The notes below the pieces were generated by a model. It was not told the DNA's origin. It ran no database searches and was given only the letters and a program-made list of their open reading frames with translations. Positions 56,401 through 64,000 of a stretch of 64,000 bases of DNA are shown here, piece after piece. Made by a program: the position numbers and the translations under genes. The stretch is taken from positions 3,950-67,949 of the forward strand of contig JACPKR010000008.1 of assembly GCA_016186945.1 (NCBI GenBank), read 5' to 3'. Position 1 is the first letter of the stretch, and each line of letters opens with the position of its first letter. This stretch comes from Deltaproteobacteria bacterium (lineage in GTDB: Bacteria > Bdellovibrionota_B > Oligoflexia > Oligoflexales > Bog-1112).

Positions 56401-56666
56401 CAATCGCCTGCCTTTTGGAAGCCATCGGCTGTGCTCAAGAAAGCGAGGGACACTTGATGAAGTGGGACCTCACCCATATACGCAAGGCTCATGATCCGGC
56501 GACCCGTTACAAGCGCCTTAGCCGCTGGCTGGCACACATGTTCACACGTCCCCAGAACTGGGAAAAAGTTCGCACCTACGTCGGGGATGAGAAGTTCGCC
56601 AAGGAACTCTTCGTCCAAGGCGAATTTCTTCCTACGGGCAAGCCCATTCACGTTTTGAAATTATAA
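53463..56666 (+). CDS. large secreted protein with a central kinase-like motif set
   Basis: 1067 aa, signal peptide. KIEWKMKFGREVETEYFATR (Lys/Glu pair), FINNTDIKESHNN (nt 54603-54641) and HDLGKSFG (nt 54696-54719) resemble kinase catalytic-loop and DFG-like elements. Beta-rich C-terminal half. Confidence 0.5.
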   Translation: MLFRMRCLILVVGFFPSLISFAHIHEDELGLEDSQDLREAVAQLLRPDGSLSLKELGLFENEIQNKRDELYKLLVDTEKAGGMSQDEAEDEALGQKQIFVLEFILDRLEDLKHEADPIQRFALAKQILRLSSTFSADGAPPSIQLAFEIGRVAFLESHNVALDERKTGPAANLVNPAHQQYFSKDELRQKIERHEDISVYDPPNSSFWAKPASIAQQSVLKPMEINSAVPQTFTYKKVIKSDHHPKIKTFSRSPSGKKIEWKMKFGREVETEYFATRWMELMGFNSDESYFVSNAKVYFENEDEFKSMVREWVKFYPKELDTPSNFIVEEGSDSDGFFVVFHKTLIEARPKDTERVGPMHLTLLGNHERREVRAQLLLQAFINNTDIKESHNNKTKMVKDSQGRWHVQELIHDLGKSFGSLLVSNFPNGFSWNFLKTSRGKLRIDYRRYHYISRDKNPFMQASYSDLKWAARLLVQVTPEQIRTLINNSGWPEPVGHLYFEKLTTRRNEVVREFHLEGEYLDGQKVNLWPEVKPKEFNFGAAVIEGELFKDYKSHPQDINYANAVGVNFDFNGVLLRLLVNSASMGIEKAPLERIFTLRDDHGSFVLKNYLGGMHVVIHREITRNENTNDDSKLWVVKDRLDVGLAVGLGVDIPVGPGGFDLKARSIVGKRYTLTHYTGQLVGAAKSKFNRVFRLPFQPQEVIEALSPGEEVTDGFFISLKLQEEFELGNTWTAAVGPGLGQETRFLVHTGVKNLDNGKIEVAHQKSNELEGEFYVFAQFFKILKLEFFRASMMLGQSKGQAYTFDFSTPPSIDTQRAYNRLVYNHKDDLAEQYKIPFATMRSNFKGKGWWFGVLAGLGSQYHGTYALRTDPDHTMHRTFEYKIEKERENPLFLRRRAYRVLTSLDFGDNSFTDLTRSSLVLMMEWENEKTASSYMKRMLEKVNATVGDTSFVEFTPERWAEKHLGNTYTIFQVRLKDDAIACLLEAIGCAQESEGHLMKWDLTHIRKAHDPATRYKRLSRWLAHMFTRPQNWEKVRTYVGDEKFAKELFVQGEFLPTGKPIHVLKL

Positions 56667-56671
56667 GGAGG

Positions 56672-56751
56672 TTGGAGCAAGGAGGTGGTTTGGAGGAAAC
56701 TGCGCAGCTGGTTCCTCCAAGAAATCCCTATTTGCCCCAAGTGGCTTACGC
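56672..56751 (+). repeat. F1 element, A + right TIR (module B absent)
   Basis: TTGGAGCAAGGAGGTGGTTTGGAGGAAACTGCGCAGCTGGTTCCTCCAAGAAATCCCTATTTGCCCCAAGTGGCTTACGC, 5 bp after the stop of 53463-56666. Confidence 0.9.
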
Positions 56752-56789
56752 TGATATTCTGTGTCAGAACTTACGAAGAGAGGTCAGCT

Positions 56790-57389
56790 GTGGAACATCA
56801 ACGTGTAGTCCGAGAATCGGAAAGTTTGGGAGAACGCCTATTCAGGTTGAGAGATTTTACGCCGATCCCCCTTCTCATCCTCTTGCTCATCTTTGAAAAA
56901 CCAACCGTAGCAACCGTTACAGTAGGATGCTGCCTTGTATTTTTCGGCGAGCTGATCAGGTTATATAGCGTCTCCTTCATCGGCGGTGTATCAAGGACAC
57001 GGTCAGGATCTCTCGGCGGGCAACTTGTGGTTGATGGCCCTTTCCGCTGGGTGCGGAACCCTCTGTACGTCGGAAATTTCTTCATCGCCCTGGGGATAGC
57101 CGTCTTCGCAGGAGTTTTGTGGTTGATCGCTTTGTCGCTCATCCTATTCGTTTTCCAGTACGCGTCGATTGTTAAATACGAAGAAAGCCTTCTTTTGGAA
57201 AAATTCGGCAGTGAGTACGAAGCTTACAAGACCCGCGTCCCCGCTTGGCTTCCCAAGCGCTTCCCGTCCCTCAAGGACCTGGATTGGCCCGAGTCGTTCG
57301 CCCCCGCCCTTCGGAGCGAGAAACGAACACTCACAGCAATTGCCATTGTTTTGTTCCTCCTGGTTCTTCTAACCCCCTCTCGCCACTAA
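56790..57389 (+). CDS. isoprenylcysteine carboxyl methyltransferase (ICMT)/phospholipid methyltransferase family membrane protein
   Basis: Start moved to GTG 56790 (RBS AGAGG); the upstream part of the ORF is F1 repeat. GPFRWVRNPLYVGNF motif, multi-TM. Confidence 0.65.
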   Translation: MEHQRVVRESESLGERLFRLRDFTPIPLLILLLIFEKPTVATVTVGCCLVFFGELIRLYSVSFIGGVSRTRSGSLGGQLVVDGPFRWVRNPLYVGNFFIALGIAVFAGVLWLIALSLILFVFQYASIVKYEESLLLEKFGSEYEAYKTRVPAWLPKRFPSLKDLDWPESFAPALRSEKRTLTAIAIVLFLLVLLTPSRH

Positions 57390-57447
57390 AAAAATTTGCC
57401 TGCCTTAATCATGGTTTTTGGCATGTTAACAACAAGAGGCTGCCGTT

Positions 57448-58167
57448 ATGAACAAAAAAAGTTTGGTCATCGTACCGACTTACAATGAAGCCAAAAATAT
57501 AGGACCGTTAGTAGGGCAAATCTTCGCTATTCTGCCTTCGCTTTCTATACTCTTCGTTGATGATAACAGCCCGGACGGCACTTTGCAGCGAATCGAGGAC
57601 GTTCAAAAACAGCACCCCATGCGTATCGACGTCATTTCACGGTCGGGCAAACTCGGACTGGGAACTGCCTACATAGCAGGTTTCCGCTGGGGGCTGGAAA
57701 ACGGCTTCGATTATTTTATAGAAATGGATGCCGATTTTTCGCACGACCCGCGCTACCTTCCGAGATTTTTAGAACTTCTGGAAACGAACGACGTTGTAGT
57801 GGGCAGTCGCTACATTCCGGGAGGGGGGACCAAAAACTGGAACTGGCTCCGTCGCCTCATCAGCCGGGCTGGCTCTTTTTACGCCCGCACTGTCCTTGGA
57901 CTTCGCTTGATTGATTTAACCGGCGGTTTTAACGCCTGGCGTCGCAATGTACTGGAATCCATCGGCCTCGATCGTATCAAAAGTGAAGGGTATGCCTTTC
58001 AGATCGAACTTAAGTATAGGGCCCATCTAAAGGGATTTCGCATCGTTGAGTCTCCTATAATTTTTGTAGATCGTCTTGTTGGCACATCCAAGATGTCTAA
58101 AAAAATCGTCTGGGAAGCAATTTATAGGGTGCTGATGCTCCGCTTTGGGAAACACTCAGAAGTTTAA
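57448..58167 (+). CDS. polyprenol-phosphate mannosyltransferase-like family 2 glycosyltransferase
   Basis: 239 aa. VIVPTYNEAKNI, VDDNSPDGT, EMDADFSH motifs (Dpm1-like). Confidence 0.8.
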   Translation: MNKKSLVIVPTYNEAKNIGPLVGQIFAILPSLSILFVDDNSPDGTLQRIEDVQKQHPMRIDVISRSGKLGLGTAYIAGFRWGLENGFDYFIEMDADFSHDPRYLPRFLELLETNDVVVGSRYIPGGGTKNWNWLRRLISRAGSFYARTVLGLRLIDLTGGFNAWRRNVLESIGLDRIKSEGYAFQIELKYRAHLKGFRIVESPIIFVDRLVGTSKMSKKIVWEAIYRVLMLRFGKHSEV

Positions 58168-59511
58168 CGACGGGTTCCTTGAGGCTATCGCTATGAGCTG
58201 AGGTTTGGCTTTGTTGAGCGTCTCCTTGTATTCCCGTTCCGGAATCGCATCGAAAGTGATACCGCCTCCTGCCCACGTGTATGCTTTGTCTCTTTTGCAT
58301 ACGATCGACCGGATCATGATGTTGAAGTCCATGTTTCCGCACCGGCTGATATAACCAAGAGAGCCTGTGTAAATACTGCGATTGTGAGGCTCCAGCTCAT
58401 GGATGATTTCCATCGTCCGGATTTTAGGAACACCTGTAATTGTTCCGCCCGGAAAAACTGCTCGAAAGATGTCCCAAAAACTGACGTCAGATCTTAGTTT
58501 CCCGATGACATCTGACTCCGTATGGATGACATAACTGTAGGGCACAAACTCCATAAACTTGTCGACTTTGACCGTTCCAAACTCGCAAATCCTCCCCAAA
58601 TCGTTTCGCGCCAAATCCACCAGCATCGCATGTTCCGCACACTCCTTGGGATCAGAGGCAAGCTCTTTAATAAACTTCGCAAGTTCCTCAGGACTTCCCA
58701 TCCTTCGCGTACCTGCAATAGGTCGTGTGTGGATGTTTCGCCCAACCTTTTTAAATAGGCGTTCGGGAGAGGCACTTAGGATAACAATGTCGTCCCACTC
58801 AAAGTAGGAAGCAAAGGGAACAGGACTTATCCTTGATAACTCTCTGTAAATCGCAAGAGGATCGGCAATGCTAGGAAGCGTAAAACGCTGAGCCAAGTTG
58901 ACTTGGTAACTGTGCCCCGATCGAATGAATTCCTGAATGCGCTTAATCGTAGCTAAATAGTGCTCAGGGGTGAAATTTGAGAAGCTCTGTAGCCTTTCTA
59001 AAGGAAAAGGAATTCCTGTCCCTTCGCGATCCTTGTGTTTGGATACTCGTGAAACGTAATGATCCAATTTGTCTATTTTGCTTTGGCACTCTTTTCTGTC
59101 GTGGCCAATGGCTATGATTTGTAAAGATTTCTCCCAAAGGTCAAATAAGAAGAAATGGTCGACGTAATAAAAAAACAGGTGAGGCAAACCTATTGAGTCC
59201 TCATGAACCGGTATATCTTCAAAAAGCTGAGACGCTTCGTAGGAAAGCCCTCCCACCCATCCCCCGCAAAATGGCAAACGAGAGTCCGGCGCCCCGCTTG
59301 ATTCCAGCAATCGCGACCACTCCGTAAAAAGATCGCAAGCTCCTCCCCAATGCGAAGATGAAAAACGACCGCTCGGGTCGAAACCAAGAAGTGCATAACG
59401 ATGTTCCTTAGAAATCAAAGTACTTTCCAAAAGAAAACGCGAGCCTTTGGGAAGCACTTCCAAAAGTTCGATGGGAGAAACAAAAGGGCTTATGATTTTT
59501 TTTACAAGCAC
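58156..59511 (-). CDS. pabB: chorismate-binding enzyme, aminodeoxychorismate synthase component I-like
   Basis: 451 aa. FPGGTITGVPK and GGGITFDA motifs. No adjacent trp genes, so PabB is favoured over TrpE. Confidence 0.6.
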   Translation of the reverse strand: MLVKKIISPFVSPIELLEVLPKGSRFLLESTLISKEHRYALLGFDPSGRFSSSHWGGACDLFTEWSRLLESSGAPDSRLPFCGGWVGGLSYEASQLFEDIPVHEDSIGLPHLFFYYVDHFFLFDLWEKSLQIIAIGHDRKECQSKIDKLDHYVSRVSKHKDREGTGIPFPLERLQSFSNFTPEHYLATIKRIQEFIRSGHSYQVNLAQRFTLPSIADPLAIYRELSRISPVPFASYFEWDDIVILSASPERLFKKVGRNIHTRPIAGTRRMGSPEELAKFIKELASDPKECAEHAMLVDLARNDLGRICEFGTVKVDKFMEFVPYSYVIHTESDVIGKLRSDVSFWDIFRAVFPGGTITGVPKIRTMEIIHELEPHNRSIYTGSLGYISRCGNMDFNIMIRSIVCKRDKAYTWAGGGITFDAIPEREYKETLNKAKPQLIAIASRNPSLNF

Positions 59512-59595
59512 TTGTTACATCTTGATTATATTGAGATTTTGTGAGAAACCATACTTGGTGACCGACAACTTTGACTAGCAGATGATGAAGGTACA

Positions 59596-60327
59596 ATGAA
59601 GCTGATTATCTCTCTACTTATGGTTATGAATAGCTGGACGGCGTTAAAAGCGGCATCCCTAGCTGATGTAGGGGTCGCCTATTTTTCCAGATACTGGGGC
59701 TTGCTGTATAACCAGTTTCGTAAAATTCACAGTAATGGTTCCCGCCTGGAATGGTTCAACGAGGTCGCGTTACCCAATGCTGCCTCCTTTCCCAAGAGTG
59801 CCAAGCTTTTTGTTGGTGCTCTTCCTATTCATTATGACGCGATATCGGGGATTGACTACTACAATGAAATGTTACATGTGGGTGTGAATGCTGTCCTAAG
59901 TGTCGTGGACGAGTATGAAATTCAGTCCCGAGAGGGGCTTAGTGATTACAAGGCCTACTTTTCGCGCTTTCGACCCGTGACCAAGGAGGATTGGAGGAAA
60001 GCAAACGTCGATCAATTGCACCTTGAGTCTCCTGATTTTGACGGGGTTTCAGTAGAAAACTTGCTTGCAGCAGCAGCTTATATCAGGATCAGTTTACACG
60101 ATGGGAAAGTCATCTACGTGCACTGCAAATCTGGTGTGGGACGCAGTGTTTCAGCAATACTTGCCTTTTTGATCAGAGATGAAAAAATGTCGCTTGAGGA
60201 AGCATATGCGTATGTGACTCGATACAGACCACAAGCGCACCTGAACGCAAAACAGTTTGAAAAAATGAAGGAATTTGAAAAAATAGTCCACCCGAATTTA
60301 AGGGACACTAATGCCTCCGCACAATAG
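59596..60327 (+). CDS. secreted dual-specificity (Cys-based) protein phosphatase
   Basis: 243 aa, signal peptide. VHCKSGVGRSVS = HCx5R(S/T) P-loop. Confidence 0.75.
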   Translation: MKLIISLLMVMNSWTALKAASLADVGVAYFSRYWGLLYNQFRKIHSNGSRLEWFNEVALPNAASFPKSAKLFVGALPIHYDAISGIDYYNEMLHVGVNAVLSVVDEYEIQSREGLSDYKAYFSRFRPVTKEDWRKANVDQLHLESPDFDGVSVENLLAAAAYIRISLHDGKVIYVHCKSGVGRSVSAILAFLIRDEKMSLEEAYAYVTRYRPQAHLNAKQFEKMKEFEKIVHPNLRDTNASAQ

Positions 60328-61294
60328 TGGAAGAATCTCTGCCTTTACAATTGATTCGCTTCTCTTCCTTCTGATCGTGTGGGGTTTTTATTGGTTTCGC
60401 TCTGATGCTTTGAGTCGATTTCTCCTTTCCCTTCTCACTCTCTCTGCTCAAAAAACACAGTTACTAAGCTGGTATGCGGTCAGCGTCGTTTTTATCTTTG
60501 CACCTGCGATTTTAAGTTTGTTTTTGTATTTACGATCGGCAACACCTGGACAGGCAATCCTTCGGATGCGCACAACGGGAGCGTACAACGATAGCCGGCT
60601 TAACCTTCTTCAAAGTTTCATGCGAATGTTTCTGACTGTCTTGTCTGTCTTCCCCTTGAATTTCATTCCGCAATTTTTGTCTCTTTTAAGGGAAGATAGA
60701 AGGAGCCTCATTGACCTGGTGACGGGGACAAAAGTGGTCTCCCCAACAATTTCTGAAAGGCCGGTGAAAGCTTCGCCTGTACTCGGTTTTGTCCTTTTCC
60801 TGCTTGCGATCTATCCAACCGGTAGTCTTATCCTGATGCTTGTCGGAGCTACTTATCTCGGAAACGGAGTCTTGCTTGGTGGAACTGCAGAAGAGAGGGC
60901 GCGGTGGCTGATGGAGAAACAGGGCACTCCTCATGAATACCGCCGAAATTCGCCCGAAGATGCCTTTGAAGCTCTAAAAATGGCCCTCCGTACAAAAGAT
61001 GAAGCTGCTCTTTTCGAAATCCTTAGCTTGCCCAGTCAGTTTATTTTCCGCACTCTTCAGCTAAGTGGATCTTGGATGGAGGACATGCCAACAGAGATTG
61101 GTTTTGAGAGAAAGGAAATGACTTCAAAGAGTCTCTGCAAAATCTTCTTCCGGGAAATTGAGGAGGGGGGGCCTAGCACACGTGTCTTTTTCATGACATT
61201 CTCTAAAGAAGAGGGCGAGTGGAAACTTGACCTGCTTCGCTTCCTACAGGATCCCGAAAATCCTTTTGTGGGAAGAGAACGGAAGAGTGAGTGA
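60311..61294 (+). CDS. RDD-family membrane protein with C-terminal soluble domain
   Basis: 327 aa. N-terminal RISAFTIDSLLFLLIVW RDD-like segment. 4-5 TM helices. Confidence 0.5.
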   Translation: MPPHNSGRISAFTIDSLLFLLIVWGFYWFRSDALSRFLLSLLTLSAQKTQLLSWYAVSVVFIFAPAILSLFLYLRSATPGQAILRMRTTGAYNDSRLNLLQSFMRMFLTVLSVFPLNFIPQFLSLLREDRRSLIDLVTGTKVVSPTISERPVKASPVLGFVLFLLAIYPTGSLILMLVGATYLGNGVLLGGTAEERARWLMEKQGTPHEYRRNSPEDAFEALKMALRTKDEAALFEILSLPSQFIFRTLQLSGSWMEDMPTEIGFERKEMTSKSLCKIFFREIEEGGPSTRVFFMTFSKEEGEWKLDLLRFLQDPENPFVGRERKSE

Positions 61295-61327
61295 ACATAA
61301 AACAACATGAATAGAAGGAGAGAAAGA

Positions 61328-61966
61328 ATGGACGGATCAAAAACGATGGTTCGTTTCCTTGGGACTCTTGTCTTTGTTTTCTTTTTCCAGTTGCCTGACT
61401 TGGCGAAGGCTATGGACTCGATGTCGGAGAGTGAAGAGTCGGAACATCCCCGTTTTGGCGTGTGGGCAGGTGCAGGATCAGGAGTGATGATTTCGGATAA
61501 AAAATCGATGGCTTTTCATCCCAGTGCAGGGTTTGAAATATTTGTAGGAGAAGGGCGTCAACTCTCTTTTGGATATATGGCTGTTTTCCCGATTTCGTCG
61601 GAAGAAACAACTTTAAAGGATGGCACACAGTCAAATGTTTTGCGTATGATACACTACTTTCCCGTTTTTCGTTTCTTTTTGGTACCTGATACTCTGTCCT
61701 TTCGAGTGTCTCCTGGGATCTCGTTACAACATAGTGGAACTATGATGGCCGGAAATAATGACAGAGAGAGTTCCGCTTCCACTGCGGTCTTCGCGGGATT
61801 GGAATACTTCTTCCAGGTGGAACCCCGCTTAGATATCGGGGTGGAAGGAACTTATGAATACATTTCAAAAAACTCGGACAGTTTTTCTCGCGTCCTTGTT
61901 GGGGCAATCAATTTGAATGTACACTATCGATTCGGTGGATTCGGAATGCACGGACACCACAAATAG
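61328..61966 (+). CDS. small outer-membrane beta-barrel protein
   Basis: Start ATG 61328 (RBS AGGAGA). Signal peptide ...QLPDLAKA. Alternating strand pattern. Confidence 0.5.
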   Translation: MDGSKTMVRFLGTLVFVFFFQLPDLAKAMDSMSESEESEHPRFGVWAGAGSGVMISDKKSMAFHPSAGFEIFVGEGRQLSFGYMAVFPISSEETTLKDGTQSNVLRMIHYFPVFRFFLVPDTLSFRVSPGISLQHSGTMMAGNNDRESSASTAVFAGLEYFFQVEPRLDIGVEGTYEYISKNSDSFSRVLVGAINLNVHYRFGGFGMHGHHK

Positions 61967-61970
61967 GTAA

Positions 61971-62093
61971 CGTAATGCGTAAGCCACTTGGGGCAAGGAG
62001 GTGGTTTGGAGGAAACTGCGCAGCTGGTTCCTCCAAGAAAAATCATGGGGGAGCGACGGTTCCCTCGCCCCCCCAAACCCCCCTCTCCCTATT
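61971..62093 (+). repeat. F1 element with complete left TIR (A + B; right end truncated)
   Basis: CGTAATGCGTAAGCCACTTGGGGCAAGGAGGTGGTTTGGAGGAAACTGCGCAGCTGGTTCCTCCAAGAAAAATCATGGGGGAGCGACGGTTCCCTCGCCCCCCCAAACCCCCCTCTCCCTATTC. Confidence 0.9.
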
Positions 62094-63043
62094 CAGACAC
62101 GCTTCGAGCACCATTCCCTGAGAAGGTCTAGAATTTCCTGTTCCGTCAGTCGCTCGAAGTTATTTAGGGAACTGAGCGTCAACGGCCGCACACCCCTCAG
62201 ATCCTCCTCTTTCATTCCGTAGTTTTGGCAAAACAGGTAGGTCATTGGCTCAAGGAAGGACGAAGACACTATCTTATTTTCATGGAATAACTTGAACGCT
62301 TGCCAGTATGAGTCGAAAGGTACGACAGGATCAGTGAGGGGAGGGTGAAGGGGAAAGTCATAGCTTGGCAATTTGCGGATCATGATCAAGCCTATGCGAA
62401 AGGGGCCAAGTTTCAGGTGACGAAGAAGTTGAAGTGAAAGTTTCTTATCCACCTTCAGTATGTCTAAATACTTCAAATAAGCCATTCTCGTCAGACGTTT
62501 TTCTACAAATAGTTTTACCCCTAGGTAAATGAAAGCATCGGATTCGGCATTGTCTCCAATCATATGAAAGACCGTTTCGGGCCGGGATAAGTTAAGGACA
62601 TTGAGAATCGCGGCCGACTTGTAGGCCATCTGGCTTTTCAGGAGGTGAAAACGGCCTTTCCTTATATTGTAAACCTGGTCTTTAAAGGTGTCAGAACTCC
62701 ACAAGAGGCCATCCATACGAAGTTTTCGCGACAAAACACGGCGAAGTTGAGGAGGGGACGAGGATACGAAGTGAATAGGTCGCTCGGCGTGAGGAGCGTC
62801 GAAAGAGTACTGTCGGAATGCCTGGAGAAACTCCCTTGCCCCCGTTACGGTAATTTTTTCGTGGGCCTTTTCAAAGGGGATTTTCGCTAGCTTAAGCAGG
62901 GATTCAAAATTCGTTTCCAGATATGTTTTGTCAATATCACAAATGAGGTGTTCACGCTTCGAGTCCCACGTTTCCAGGATACGGCAATCGACCAGTTTCC
63001 ACAGGTCGTATTGTCGGTTTAGAGAATTTAGCGTTTGACTCAT
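62093..63043 (-). CDS. HAD-like phosphatase, App1/DUF2183-like (phosphatidate phosphatase family)
   Basis: Start ATG 63043 (RBS GGAGGAAAG). DIDKTYLET (DxDxT), SSSPPQL, IGDNAESDAFIY motifs. Confidence 0.5.
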   Translation of the reverse strand: MSQTLNSLNRQYDLWKLVDCRILETWDSKREHLICDIDKTYLETNFESLLKLAKIPFEKAHEKITVTGAREFLQAFRQYSFDAPHAERPIHFVSSSPPQLRRVLSRKLRMDGLLWSSDTFKDQVYNIRKGRFHLLKSQMAYKSAAILNVLNLSRPETVFHMIGDNAESDAFIYLGVKLFVEKRLTRMAYLKYLDILKVDKKLSLQLLRHLKLGPFRIGLIMIRKLPSYDFPLHPPLTDPVVPFDSYWQAFKLFHENKIVSSSFLEPMTYLFCQNYGMKEEDLRGVRPLTLSSLNNFERLTEQEILDLLREWCSKRV

Positions 63044-63138
63044 GGGGGCTTTCCTCCGCGAGACTTGGCAGTAAAGTTCCAATCCTTGTAAACTAGTAGA
63101 GAGTTTCTGTGAACATGCAAAGAAAAGGTGGTGGAGCC

Positions 63139-63591
63139 ATGCCCGACAATCAGAGACTGTGCAATTACTGTCAACAGTATAAAGCATGGGTGTGGAGTGG
63201 CAAACACTTGAAGGATGGTTCCAAGGTTTACATAGATGAGAAAAGCATAAGGTGGGCGGGGAAACGCTGTCCCGACTGTGAAAAGAAAAGGATACGGGCT
63301 GCCCTCAAATGTTCCCCCCCGGAAAAGGCTTTGATTATTGCCGAACTGAAAAAGCAGGGTTTTAATGTATTATCGTCATCCTTTCCTCTCAAAGTTGAAC
63401 GAGAGGGAAAGCATCTAAGTGTGGGTTTGCGTTACGCCTCGACCCACAACGGCAAGATTGTTCTTGCCCATGACGATATCTCCGAAAAGGCTGACATGTT
63501 TGCCATCTTTTTCCAGTCGGTACGTATTTTCCCGAGGGAAACTTTGCAGAAGCTTAATGCACAAACTTCCTCACTTGAGTCTACCAGATGA
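63139..63591 (+). CDS. zinc-ribbon hypothetical protein
   Basis: About 150 aa. CNYC...CPDC pairs. Start uncertain (63109/63115/63139). Confidence 0.35.
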   Translation: MPDNQRLCNYCQQYKAWVWSGKHLKDGSKVYIDEKSIRWAGKRCPDCEKKRIRAALKCSPPEKALIIAELKKQGFNVLSSSFPLKVEREGKHLSVGLRYASTHNGKIVLAHDDISEKADMFAIFFQSVRIFPRETLQKLNAQTSSLESTR

Positions 63592-64000
63592 CCGTATCTT
63601 TCTGCCATTCTGGGGATTGTTCCGGGTAGTCGATATTGTAGTGAATGCCTCGGGATTCCTTCCGACTGATCGCGCAGCGCACGGTCAGGAATGCCACTTG
63701 CGAAAGGTTCCGCACTTCGAGAAGCTTTCCGTCCACTTCGTAATTCCAGTAGTATTCGTCCAGCTCATTTTGAATTGCTATAATCCTGCGCATAGCTCGC
63801 TTTAAACGTTTCTCACTCCGCACTATCCCCACGTAGTGCCACATGAGGCGTCTGATTTCATCCCACAGGTTTGAGAGGACCACCCCTTCGTCTGTCGGGA
63901 TAGCTTTCCCCTTCCTCCAATGCGGAAGTTTCAGAGTAAGCTTGTCGTTTGTCTCGGCAAGCGCATTTTCTGCAGCACGAGAAGCCATGACACAGGCTTC
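63581..64000 (-). CDS. nadB: L-aspartate oxidase, C-terminal part (gene continues past the right edge)
   Basis: Frame open to the window end. ...ESRGIHYNIDYP and the C-terminal helical domain are typical of NadB. Confidence 0.8.
   Translation of the reverse strand, partial: EACVMASRAAENALAETNDKLTLKLPHWRKGKAIPTDEGVVLSNLWDEIRRLMWHYVGIVRSEKRLKRAMRRIIAIQNELDEYYWNYEVDGKLLEVRNLSQVAFLTVRCAISRKESRGIHYNIDYPEQSPEWQKDTVIW

Noticed and set aside
11737-62093. The recurring ~45-bp GGAGGAAACTGCGCAGCTGGTTCCTCC-containing repeats might be a CRISPR array
   Set aside because: Copies are separated by kilobases of ordinary genes, occur in both orientations, vary in length by whole modules and have terminal inverted repeats. 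There is no regular repeat-spacer periodicity and there are no cas genes.
1-64000. tRNA, rRNA, tmRNA, transposase, integrase, prophage or defence-system (RM, CBASS, retron, Cas) genes
   Set aside because: Intergenic gaps were inspected and contain only repeats or short leaders. No T-loop-like GGTTCGAATCC-type sequence and no recognisable recombinase, RT or nuclease motif sets were seen. The only candidates are the orphan VapB-like ORF and the DUF4143 ATPase, both listed with low weight.

Overview
64-kb chromosomal window from a diderm (Gram-negative) bacterium whose lineage I cannot assign. I call about 60 protein genes and recognise no rRNA, tRNA, CRISPR, transposase, integrase or phage genes.

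Gene blocks, left to right:
1. Partial aceB, then nadE.
2. A Tat-exported type-II DMSO-reductase-family operon: a 1158-aa Nar/Nxr-type alpha subunit, a four-cluster beta, a heme-b gamma and a TorD/NarJ-like chaperone. It is followed by pdxH and a NarK-like MFS protein.
3. A minus-strand respiratory block: a signal peptide + single CxxCH + beta-barrel protein (Cyc2-like fused cytochrome-porin architecture), a stand-alone E2-type acyltransferase domain, then coxB (with a fused c-type domain)-coxA-coxC-coxD-sco1.
4. An orphan VapB-like antitoxin, pdxJ, small OMPs, and two paralogous lipoprotein/2-TM proteins flanking an NADP oxidoreductase.
5. A pstSCAB-like operon split cleanly by a 0.8-kb insertion.
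6. kbl-tdh-adh and a molybdenum-cofactor cluster (moeB-rhodanese, mobA, moaE, moaD, moeA, moaC-moaB).
7. Class II RNR, nadC, birA, partial nadB, and several secreted eukaryote-like proteins: an ankyrin protein, a dual-specificity phosphatase, an App1-like phosphatase and a 1067-aa protein with kinase-like motifs.

The most striking sequence-level feature is the density of miniature palindromic repeats: three families, 21 copies or fragments. The core of the main family has no stop codon in any of the six frames. It has been absorbed into coding regions, in-frame inside moeA and as C-terminal tails on sco1 and the pstB-like gene.

All functional calls rest on motif recognition by eye. No database search was run.
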